From Dimorphilus gyrociliatus (lineage: Eukaryota; Animalia; Annelida): DNA of 64,000 nt. This document shows positions 52,671-64,000 of the stretch, piece after piece (within the stretch, counting starts at the first letter, position 1; each line of letters opens with the position of its first letter). The stretch lies in NCBI GenBank assembly GCA_904063045.1, contig CAJFCJ010000019.1:3292684-3356683 (forward strand), in the 5' to 3' direction. The notes under the pieces were generated by a model, which ran no database searches, had not been told where the DNA came from, and saw only the letters and a list, made by a program, of their open reading frames with translations. Both the position numbers and the translations under genes were made by a program.

Positions 52671-54898
52671 ATGCAAGCAAAGAGCAGTTACGAAGATATT
52701 ATGGAATTTGCGGTACAAGATCACTTGGCAGTTTTTTGTTATAAAATATTATATTGAAATTAATTTTTCAGGGACCCATTAAGGATGGGATCTTTGAATT
52801 TATTCAAAGCTTAGAGAACTTCTTAAGTCCTTTCGATCGCTGGAAGATTTTGTTTGTGAGCGCTTTTGTTACTTACTACGTAGTCCAATTTTTAAATATG
52901 CAGTCAGATGGTAAGTAGAATTGGAAATACGCCTTGTTGAATATAAAGAGAAAACAATTCATCTTTTATAGGGATTTATAATGGGCTAAAAAATTTCGTT
53001 TTCAAGTGGTATCGTAGATTGCCCATTATCAAAGGTATTGTCCAGAAGAAACTAAAGAAAACTTACGATGATATGGAACATTCGATAAACAAAACTTGCG
53101 CTAACGTTCCATACTTGATGGAGTTGCCTGATAAAAAAATGACGCATGTAAGTATTACTACAAAAATTGGATTTATTAACTTAAAAGACAATTTTTTAGG
53201 AGCAAGTAATCAATTTGGCGAAAAAATATCGAAATATGGGTAATGTAGAATGGAATAGTGGTCGATGTTCTGGAACTGTATATAGTGGTGAAGAGGATTT
53301 GACTAAACTTGCAACTGAAGTAATAACATTTCAAATTAATAAAAGTCTTCAATATTGAAAGAATTTTCTTTTATCAGATATACGGTATGTTTGCATGGTC
53401 CAATCCGCTTCATGCTGATGTATTCCCTGACGTTCGTAAGATGGAAGCAGAGGTGGTGAGAATGTGTTGTAACTTGTTCAATGGATCGAAAGAATCTTGC
53501 GGAACAGTAAGTGATAATTTCTGAATTTTATCATTTATTCATTTCGCTGTATCTGTAGATGACCAGCGGTGGAACTGAAAGTATTATGTTGGCTTGTAAA
53601 GTATACAGAGATTTAGCATACGAGAGAGGAATTCAAAAACCAGAGATGTAATAAAAATATTACTTTTCTATACAACTATTCAAAGTAATTTTTTTTATTT
53701 TTTACAGCTTATGCGCTGTCTCAGCTCATGCTGCATTTGATAAATCAGCTGAATATTTCCGAATGAAAATTGTCCACGTCCCTGTGGACAAATCGGGCGC
53801 AGTAGATATTGGCAAAATGAGACAAAAAATTAATCGTAATACTTGCATGGTAAACGATAAAAAATTTAAATAGAAACTTTTATATTATTAAAAATTTATT
53901 CATTAGCTTGTTGGATCTGCTCCCAGTTTTCCTCATGGAATTATCGATCCCATGATAGAGATAGCAAAGCTTGGAAAAAGGTAAAAAAATTTATTTCTAG
54001 TCTTTAAGTAACAATAAAAATAAACAAATTTTTCAGATATAATATACCAGTTCACACCGATTGCTGTTTGGGTGGTTTCATTGTACCATTCATGGATAAG
54101 GCTGGTTATCCTATTCGTCCCTTTGATTTCCGACTTGATGGCGTTACAAGTATATCCGCCGATACACACAAAGTATTACAGTGTTTTCATCATTTTCTAT
54201 GAATTTTTAGTATATATTGCATTTTTCAGTATGGTTATGCTCCTAAGGGATCTTCTGTCATACTGTATAAGGAGAAAAAATACCTTAGAAAGCAAATATT
54301 TTCTGCAGTCGATTGGCCTGGCGGCATATACGCTTCTCCAACGTTCGCTGGCTCTAGGGCCGGTGCTATTATAGCAGCTTGTTGGGCAACAATGCTCTAC
54401 ATGGGAGAGAAAGGATACGTTGAGTCAACAAAAGCTATTTTGGATTGTAGAGCTGATATGGAGAAGAAATTAAGAAAAATAAAAGGAATTTATGTAATTG
54501 GAAAACCTGAAGCGACTGTCATAGCTATTGCCTCAGACGATTTCAACATTTACCGACTGTCTGATGCTATGACTAAACTAGGCTGGAACTTGAATGCTTT
54601 ACAATACCCATCAAGTATTCATATTTGCTTAACCCTAACACATACAAAACAAGGAGTAGTGGACAAATTTATTAAAGATATAAACCAGTCTGTCAGCGAA
54701 ATATTAAAAAATCCCAAAGAAGAATTGAATGGAATGGTTAGTTCTTTAATAATTCCGGTTTACGTAAGTTATTTCAATGATTTCTAAAAACAGGCCGCCA
54801 TGTATGGAGCTGCTCAAAGTGTTCCAGATAGAGGATTAATAGGAGAAGTTGCTACATCTTTCATTGAAGCTTGTTATAATACCAATGCAACAAAATAA
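52671..54898 (+). CDS. SGPL1: Sphingosine-1-phosphate lyase, multi-exon; start 52671 or 52701
   Basis: [69 protein letters not shown] lysine motif [20 protein letters not shown]. Confidence 0.97.
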
Positions 54899-55423
54899 GA
54901 TATAAAAAATATATAAGAACTTTCCTAAATTAATGTATTTATATTGGGAGGAAAGACTGTTCTTTTAATTGATACAAATGTTACACATGTAATTTGTTTT
55001 TGCACTAATAACGAGAATGTGCGCATTTCAGCGTTTTTTGTCTTGAACTTTAGCATTTAGCTTGGTTAAATCTGAGATTTCTTATGTTTTTACTTGGTCG
55101 TTTGATTCATGATTAATTAAGCAGAAATATCTCATGAATAATAATTATTCTATCGAAATTTTTCCTTTGAGTTGAAAATTTTTCATAGTAATAGTATTTT
55201 CTACAATTTTAACTTTGAAAGACTTAATTGATTTTAATTTACTGCCATTAATTGAAACTTTCGGTTATGGACTTTCCATTTGGTAACACTTCAATTTATA
55301 AACAATATATAACCAATTAGAATGATCTACCATATCATTTCATTGTCATAAGTTACAAGACAATAAATTTACACCAAAATGACACTTCAATGAGAATCAC
55401 AGTTTTTGGAGAGGAATGCCGCA

Positions 55424-57467
55424 CTAATCAATTTTAACAGTTGAATAGATCTTTCTCACGAAAATGTTTGTTCCTACGTAGCCCATTGTACCTAAATTAA
55501 AAAATTAATTTAATATGTTTATATTGGATTATGTCCATATTATAAATAAATCAATTATTTAACAACTTACCGCACATGACTCCTAAGGCCAAACTGAAAA
55601 GGCCCATATAACCAAAGTAGAACGTCGTTTGGAATAACCCATACATTCTGAATGAGCAATAAATTTAATTATTAATCGTTGGCAATGGAACAGAGAATAT
55701 AAATTAAAAAATACTAACTTCGTTTTGAAAAAAAAGTAATAGAGAGAGTAAAAGTATACGTAAAGAGATGTTGATGCTCCAGATAACAGAGACGTCCATT
55801 GCCATCTATAGTCTTCAGCATTTAATAAGAAATAAGTACAAACAATTGTTACACAGACTGTCACTACAGATAGAATGAAAAACACTAAGAGCATAAATCC
55901 GTATACGTAGTAAATTTTATATGCCCAGAACGATGTAAAAATGAAGTACATTTCAATGAAAATTGAACCAAAGGGCAAAATTCCTCCCAGAAGAACGATA
56001 ATTCCTGGTTCCATGAACCATTTCTTTTCTGGAATCGGTCGCGGAACAGCGTTGACCCGACATGGATAATTCGGCTGACCTGCCATATTTCTACCTAAAA
56101 CAGTGCCAACTAGTGTCAATGGGAGAATGACGAAAAGACAGATACAAGCAACTGCCACCATAGTTCCAAATGGAATTGCTCTTGAAGCATGATAATATAT
56201 AGCGATAAAATTAATGAAAAATGCTGTTCCACAAATGACCGCCGGTAGAATAAAAGCACTGAGTAGCATTTGCTGTATCCATACCTTTCCTCCCATCCTG
56301 GCATAAAGAGATCCTCCAAAATAACCGTTTATTGGAGCGGTGGCAGCATAAACAAATATTGCTGTGCTTAGTAGTGAACCTCTTTCAGTATACAGCTCTC
56401 CTACTATGGCGAAAACAATTACACAAAATACAACAACAGTAATTTGATATCCGACTCCTACTAAGGCTGAGAAAAGCATTGGACGAGAAGCTGGTCGGAA
56501 AACATCTCCATGAACCTGCTTCCACCCGTATTCATCTCCCAAGTCTCTCTCCATTTTATCCGGACTGTCTTCTTTACTATATCTGGCATAATCTTTGCGT
56601 AGCGTTCTCATTAGTATCATACTGACAAGTCCAACAAGGAATATGACCATCATAAATGAATTAAAAATGGAAAACCAATGGATCCTATGCTGAAAAAAGT
56701 TCGGATCAAGATACTTGTCAAAGCGATCCTTAAATTGCACATTAGATTTGTGCCATTTAATTTCATATGTAAATGATAATTTTACTCCGGGGGATAATTT
56801 AGTTTTAGATTCTGATGTTAAGTTTACGTCCACAATTTGCTTTCCATTAAAGCCTATGTCGAACTTCTTATGAGTCCAGATGTAATATCCCTCTCCTCCA
56901 TCGTCAATTTCTCCAACAATCCCCCAGATAGGTAGATCATCAATGTACATTTGATACCAATAATGATTTTTTACCGCATAGATAAATGCTCGATGATTCT
57001 CTTCAGTCAACTGATTTTCACAATATGTGGTTTTGGCTACATCAACTGAAAATAGATTTTGTTTTAAGATTAAAGTTATCAGCTTAACAATTAAAACAGC
57101 AAACAAACGTTATAAATAAACTATACATTTTTTATGACTTACTTTTATAATCAATGTCTAGTCCGCTGAACTCTAATTCAACACCTTGTAAAGCCTCTCC
57201 CAAAGTTTCGTGGTAGTGACTAATGGACTTTTTCTTACCAGCACAAAAAGGCAGCGAGAAATATTCATATGTTTCTTGTCTATTGTGATAGGGACCTACA
57301 GTATTCATCCATAGCACAACTTCCTCGCCATCCTCATACTAAAAATAAATAAATAAATAATAACATAAATTTTTTTCTTATTTAAATTTTACTTTATGGT
57401 TGTGCTCATCTCCTTGGCAGGTAATCACTATTATGGCCAGAGTATATATTATCTTTGAGATTTCCAT
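55424..57467 (-). CDS. TM9SF3: Transmembrane 9 superfamily member 3 (nonaspanin)
   Basis: Signal peptide then [65 protein letters not shown]-terminal VKID*. Confidence 0.97.
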
Positions 57468-57545
57468 TATTTTTCTCAATAGAAACAGATCACTATCGGT
57501 TTAACTGTAACGATTGCTTTTCTTTTTGCCATTAACACAGCGGAT

Positions 57546-57630
57546 CAAAATGGCGTTATCAGCAGCCACGTCAAATATTTTTGAAAACCGGTAATTGCCC
57601 TAGTAGGCGCTGGTCTTTTTTGCGCATGCG
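57546..57630 (+). promoter_or_regulatory. YY1-like (CAAAATGGCG, 57546-57555) and NRF1-like (TGCGCATGCG, 57621-57630) motifs in the TM9SF3/LZTR1-like divergent spacer
   Basis: Consensus-like GC-containing motifs in an AT-rich spacer; function inferred. Confidence 0.45.
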
Positions 57631-57813
57631 TTTACTTAAAGGGAAAATAAGCACAATGAATCCAACATCTTTTGTATTTCTATTTTCCTAAATGACTTCA
57701 TATAATCTACATATTAAATTAGAACATATTTCTCGGTGAATAATTGAATATGCTTCATTAGATGACCGAAAACTAACACTGGTTTCGAGCTGTTCTTTTT
57801 GTTAGATGGGCTT

Positions 57814-60600
57814 ATGTCTTCTAATTCATGGAAATTAGAAAAGAGCTTGGCCGAGTTTATTGGTCAACCCAAGTAAATCATAAAATTTGATAAAAAAATA
57901 TCTTATGTAACCTGTTTCCTCTTCTAGACGGATGAAACATACTCTCGTTTACTATAGTGGAAGTTTGTTTCTATATGGAGGAAGAAATAGCAGAGAGTAA
58001 TTTGTTGTATAATAGTATTAAAACTATGCCTGACAGTTAATGTTTTCCATATAGTGAACCTCTTGGTGATATTCTTAGATACGATTTAAAAGATCACAGC
58101 TGGCAAAGGTAATATGGACAATTTAAAATTTGTCATCTATTTTATATTTACCTATTACATTACCTTCAGAGTTGTTTGTGTTGGTACGGCACCATGCGCT
58201 CGATTTGAACATACCTGTGTTGTCTTCGAAAAAGACCTAGTTATTTTTGGTAAGACTTATTTGAAAACTTTTTGGTACTATTTTACTAAATAATGTTTTT
58301 TTACAGGTGGAAAACACGATAATAGGCAATTAAATGACTTATTTAAATATCATATTCCAAAAGCTCAATGGAGTTGCGCTGAAACAACGAAAGAGTAAGA
58401 TATAATGATAATCATTTTCTATAATCATATGTTTAATACCATTTTTTAACAGGGCTCCAGGACCCCGATGCGCTCATAATGCAGCCGTTGTAGATTGTTT
58501 TATGTACATTCTAGGTGGTTTTGGTCATCACGTCCAAAGAGCATATGATGTAGATCAAATAGATAGCAAACAAGTTCGATTGAATGATATGTGGCGTTTA
58601 TCTTTGAAAGATAGACCACACAAGTGGACGAGAGTACATCAGAAAGGTTGCAAGCCTCCACCAAATTGTAATAGTAGTATGGCAGTCAACGAAAGTCATT
58701 TGTATCTTCTACCTGGTGCTGCAGCAGAAAATGCTTATGAACTATTCGGATTTAATGTTTTGGATGAATGTTGGACAAAGCTCATGTACTCTAGTATTTT
58801 TTCTCATCTAGTCATTGGTAAACGAGTCGGGCACTCTTTAACTGCCTCAGATGATAGTCAGTTATTTTTATTCGGAGGCGGAGATGATAACAATTTGTAT
58901 CGATTTGACATAAATGATCCTCACTGGTCGGTGGTTTCGACAGAGGATAACGCGACTGTAGGTTACAAAAACATGAGTCGAGTACTCATTTAACGTAGTA
59001 ACTTTTTCAGAGGCCAGCAGAAGTAGCCTATCACAGTTCAGCAATGCATAAAAATACACTTTATGTATATGGAGGTGTTGAATCTCCGAACGACGTAGAC
59101 TCACAAAGATTATCCGGAGGACTTTACTCCATCACAATTCCTGGGCCAAAATCAACATTTATTACGGATATGAAGAATTTATGGGAATCAAAAAATTTCA
59201 TTGATATCACTTGTAAAGTTGGACCAAAAAAGATACTGTTTGAATGTCACAGCTCTATACTAGTAGGAAGGTCTTCAGTATTAAGCGAAATGATACTTAG
59301 CGCTAGAGAAAAGAATCAAAATTATATTGAATTACCTGATATTGAACGTGCCGTATTTGATAAAATTTTACAATTTATTTATACTGATACAGTAACTCCA
59401 GAAAAAGAATTTGAATTTGATGATTTAGAATTATTTATGAAACTTTATATACAAGCGACGAGGGTAAGCTTTAATAATTAATAAGGTAATTTATAGTAAT
59501 ACTTAACAATCTTTTCTACTTTTCTCAGTTCAATTTATCAAAATTAAAAAGTTGCTCTCTGAAATATCTCATATCAAGTGTAAACGCAAATAGAGTTGTT
59601 AGTCTTTTGACGTTCGCCGATGAGAATGAAATTGAATACCTTAGAGATTCTTGTATGAACTTTTTAAGAAGAAGTAACAATTATAAAGAGGTTATTGTAA
59701 GGCCTCAAATCGAGACATTATCGAAGAGTTTGCTACTGCAAGTAGCGAGACTACCTGCGGAAAGTAGTGACGAACATGATACCCCACCTAAACATCCCGA
59801 ACTTTTAAGTGAGAATAAGCTAGATTAAATTGTTCAGATATCATATATTTATTTTTTTATAAGCAGAGTTCTGTTCTATTAAAGACGATTTCTCAAAATT
59901 ATTAGAAACTGGCCAAGGTTCAGATGTCAAAGTGACTTTTAACAATTACACAGTTAAAGCACACAAGGCTGTTCTTTGCGCTCGAGCAGAATATTTTACG
60001 GCAAACTTTAGATCATTTCCGTCGGAGGAAATTATGGTAGGATAAAATTTTTCATTTATTTCGTTCATTTAACAATTTCCATTATTTAGGTTACATTCAA
60101 AGGAGAGAATACACCGCCTGATGTTCTAATGCAACTTTTGAAATTTTTATACACTGATGCTATAGACGCTACGCCACAAGTTGCCGTGTATCTTCTTGGA
60201 GCTGCTGAATACTTCTGCTTGAATAACAAAAGACTTGACACATTGGCATGGGGTATAATCGAACGAAATTTAGAAGTGAATTGCGTGTTTGATGTGAGAG
60301 ACAATTTTTCTCATGACGACAATTAGAAATTAACAAGAACTTTTGTTTTAGGTTATGTTAGCTGCACATGATGTTTTGGATCAAGCGCTAATTAATAAAT
60401 GTGTTTTCATTATTGCCAAAAATTATCATCAGGTGAAGTTAAATAAAAATTGTGTGATACTATTTTAATGTCCTGTTTTTCAATCAATCAAATAGATTAA
60501 GGAAAGACGAAATGTTTTTATGCAATTACCTAAAACTCTATTAATAAGCATTATGGAATGCGTAAATGAACATACAACCATAACATGGAGAGATTCATGA
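57814..60600 (+). CDS. Kelch-repeat plus tandem BTB/BACK protein (LZTR1-like, divergent); start approximate
   Basis: EFIGQP..MKHTLVYY..LFLYGG..GDILRYDLKDHSW resembles LZTR1 kelch 1; further GG/W kelch repeats; BTB1 (DITCKVG..HSSILVGRS..ILQFIYTD) and BTB2 (SDVKV..AHKAVLCARAEYF..LLKFLYTD). Confidence 0.8.
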
Positions 60601-60730
60601 AGCCTTATTGAATAAATTTTGTTAATGGTCTTTTAAAATGCTGTTTTTATACTTTTATCAATTTTTTTTATTTGTAGTATTTAATAATGTACAGAATTAC
60701 TGTTTTGGTGTATATACATATAGCTTCTGT

Positions 60731-63700
60731 TTATGGTCTTAAGGATAATATGGCAGTTATATTTGAGAAGTCGTCTCGCATTTTTTCCAGCATATCTAAA
60801 AAGTCATCTGTAAGAGACTGAAAATAAATGAAAATGAATTAATTCAATTTAGAAAAAGATATTTATAGAGGTGAAGATAGCAAACCTGCTTTTCTATTTC
60901 GTCAGGATGATTTAAATTCAATGAATCCAGCTGTAGTTATCAAAAAATGAGAGCTATTTCCTCAAGGGGATAATTACTCACGTATTTTACTATACAAAAG
61001 AGAAGAGCTGGATGACGATATATAGACCAGACCTGATTGATTTCCTGTAAAAAATAAAGTAATTAGCAAGTCTTACAATCCTTTCCAAGTTTAACCTTTT
61101 CCGACATTCCTAATTTCAAAAGTGATTTAGGAGTTTGCTCCCGCATAAAGGTGGAGAAGGGTTCATTCTGATGGAGCATACTTTGAGCGCACTTTATAGC
61201 AGATTCAATTCTAGATTATAAAACATTAATAATAATATTTTAACGAAATTCTCAAAAGCTTACCTTCTAGCATTAATTATCGCCTCTGGTATGTCAGCAT
61301 TTAAGGTTATTCCTCTTAAACCTTCGCCAGAACTTCATTTTTTTAAAACGAAATATGAGAATCTTATTACTTTGCAAGTTAACTCATGACTTACGATTTG
61401 AGGAGGCAGCATAAAGTTATTAATCGAAATATTGAATATGAACTGATGTTCTTAACAGTAAAGCTTCCGTCTATAGGCAAAATAAGCGGTAAAGATTGAT
61501 AATTTCTCACAGATTCAACCTGACAGCAATTTTCAAATTAGTAATTGATTGTCTTTAAAAATAGAAAATTACATTGTAATAAAAATTTAAAGCCAAATAA
61601 CTCATTAAAGTATCATTAGAATTATATCTGATAATATCGTAAATAAAATTCATTAGACTATATAAGACAGCTACAGCTTCTTTTTTAGAAATTTCACAAT
61701 CTTCAAAAAGTCCGTACGATCTGTAAAACAATAAAAAATAGCGTTATTTTGTATTAATATATTTGACAATAAGTTCTTAGTTTACTCTATATCTTCATTA
61801 TCTATCCTATTGTACTCTATTGTTGCCAAATGCGAAAACATTCCCGTTAAGCAGTTAATTAATTGAATCTGAAACAAGTGAAGAATTGAAAATCGATAAG
61901 TTTGGCTAAGAGAAAAGTTCATGTGTGAATTTTACTTTGAAATTTCCGTCTCCTTTGAGGAAGAGAGTCTTCAGAGGTTGCAATATACAACTTTGAAAAT
62001 CTAAATGATAAGAAAAATATGATTTTTTAGCCATTTGTTAAATCATATAAATTAATTAACGCACCTGCTAAGGCTACAAATCTCATAAATTTTAATAATT
62101 CTAAAATGTATGTTCTGTAGGTGGATCCATTCCAATTTGGTAGAAATTCCAGTAGAAACTCAACGCAAACGGGAAAAAGTTCCTACAAAAGGAATGATTA
62201 ATAAAATATCTCGTGGAATTTTTATTAAAGAAATAATACCAATAAATATGAGGTAAATTCGGTAACATGCTTTAATAAAATGCCGTGTTCTCTAATCTCA
62301 TCATCAGGACTTTGTACGATAACTATAATAATCGGAATAGAGTAATATTTAGTGGTCTGAATCTTTTTCGTTACCATCCAGTAAAGCTTCTTTAAGCCAG
62401 AAAGAAATTCGAGAAGGTATACTAGGATCGGGATGAACGGATAGAACGTAGTAAAAATGTTCTTGTTGCAACAGAGAAGCCATTTGACAAGGTAGCTATG
62501 TAATGGTTCCAATATAAAAAACCATGAATTATTATATAGTATGATAGGAATTCACCTCTATGTCTAGGAAGTGTCTCGTGTTTAGGAGATCATCTAAATT
62601 TTTTATATCAATTACTGATCTAACTTCATTCTTGCTCACACGTTCCTCAACGTATCTGGACTGTTTTTGTGGCATTTGTAGAGATGGTAATGTCATAATT
62701 TTGGCTTTCTTCTTAATCTAAAGTTTCAGAAATATCGTATTTATTGCAAATATTCAATAGCTGAAAGGAAATAAAGAGTTACTGGAGATAAGATATTGTC
62801 AACAGCATTCAGTGGAGTATTCTTGTCACTTCTTAAATTCTCATTTTTATGTTGAATAGACAGAAAATCGTTTCGCCATCTTTTGTTAGTCAAATTGAAG
62901 AAAGCCTTAGCAAAGGTATAGTTGATTAAAATATCATTTATAAAATTGATAAATATACCTTTCGACCGGTTTTTAAAGAAATGGTTATCATTGATGGCTT
63001 GTAGAGTTTATAAATTGAAAGTAAACCTATTAATCCTGGTTCATTGCCCTATTAAGAAAACTTGTAATTACTAATTGAAATAAGAGGACAACTAGAATAA
63101 TTACTGCTCGTTTACGAATTTTTAGAAGCTCTTGAATTCTGTAATAAGTAACATCCTTCCTTCGTGTCAGCCTATATAATATCTGGCATAGTTTGGCTCT
63201 CTGAAATACAAAATACATTTATATAGATGATTATAGTTTAAGATTGTCTTACCAATGGATCACAGCCAACGGAATTAAAGACAACTTCATATAATCTATG
63301 AACGGGTGACATATCATCAACAGCATTAAATACTATAACGATCCAGGTTACTAGCTTTTTCTAGAATAGATACGAATAAAGTAGATAACAATTTTGTTTA
63401 TAATAATTCAAACCTTAATAATCATTGGTACAGTATTTATAGTCAAAGTTCCAATAGCGTGAACTATTGTTGAGCTCTGTACGTAATTGGCAGGGAGACA
63501 AGAGCGCAAAAGTTTTCCAATGACTGATGTTTCTGTACGAAAAGTTTTTCTCGAGTAAAATTTTAAGTAATATCATCAATATATTTTACTTACGCCATCT
63601 ATTTAATGACACAATGCAGATTATGGAATGAATTAAATCAGGTGAGAGACCATGCGAAAGACCATAATTTGTTACAGTTTTTAAATGTCGCTCATATTCC

Positions 63701-63768
63701 AAAGACTTTGATAAATTACTAAAAGCATATGATTTAGATTCTTGCTTAGCCTTGACGGAAGCTGTCAT
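60731..63768 (-). CDS. CENPI: Centromere protein I (Mis6/Ctf3 family), many short exons; true start may lie slightly upstream
   Basis: ERHLKTVTNYGLSHGL, KLLRSCLPANYV, KLVTWIVIVFNAVD, LCQILYRLTRRKDVTYYRIQELL, ELFPVCVEFLLEFLPNWNG are collinear with recalled human CENP-I blocks. Confidence 0.85.
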
Positions 63769-64000
63769 CAGTTTAATTAATTTTAGACACCTTTTATCAC
63801 AATTAAAATATTTTTATTACTTTCATAAAAATATCTCACTCCCTCCGAGCATGCAATAAAGTCAGGCTCTTCAACTCTATCTTGGCTAATTTCAGTCATA
63901 TTCAAAGCTTAAGTGAAAATTCCGAATATCACCAGTTACTGCATTTATAAATCAAATGAACAATCTGAATATTGAGAAATGCTAAAATCAAACAAATATA

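Noticed and set aside
63840-63899. Possible CENP-I first exon MTEISQDRVEEPDFIACSEG
   Set aside because: Its phase-0 donor does not match the only nearby acceptor (phase 2); left unresolved.

Overview
AT-rich eukaryotic (animal) DNA with mostly 50-70 nt introns and very tight gene packing. It looks like a compacted invertebrate, probably lophotrochozoan, genome; a miniature annelid such as Dimorphilus is a guess only. No prokaryotic features, CRISPR arrays, tRNA/rRNA genes or recognisable transposons were seen. About 23 protein-coding genes in order: 3' half of a conventional PKC; a ~2000-aa mostly disordered orphan (spans an N gap); TBC1D23; cyclin B; an intronless 3xPLAC-like/GCC2-GCC3 membrane protein; Efa6/PSD; a FERM-less CUPID protein; bicistronic MOCS2A/B; snurportin-1; ELP6; a Dpy-30-motif micro-protein; FN3K; FASTKD5-like; ZNHIT1; UFL1; LIG1; OSTC; an atypical DUSP; POLD2; PRPF38A; SGPL1; TM9SF3; LZTR1-like; CENP-I. 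Most notable observations: (1) two alternative 153-nt PKC last exons resembling mammalian betaII then betaI; (2) a textbook U12 AT-AC intron inside the ZNHIT1 zinc finger; (3) the PLAC-like receptor starting 51 nt after a candidate Efa6 stop; (4) MOCS2A/B separated by 5 nt with start contexts fitting leaky scanning; (5) an MTED-like motif in Efa6, which sits head-to-head with a cytohesin-binding CUPID gene. Family assignments come from recalled motifs, not database searches, and exon boundaries were read by hand.
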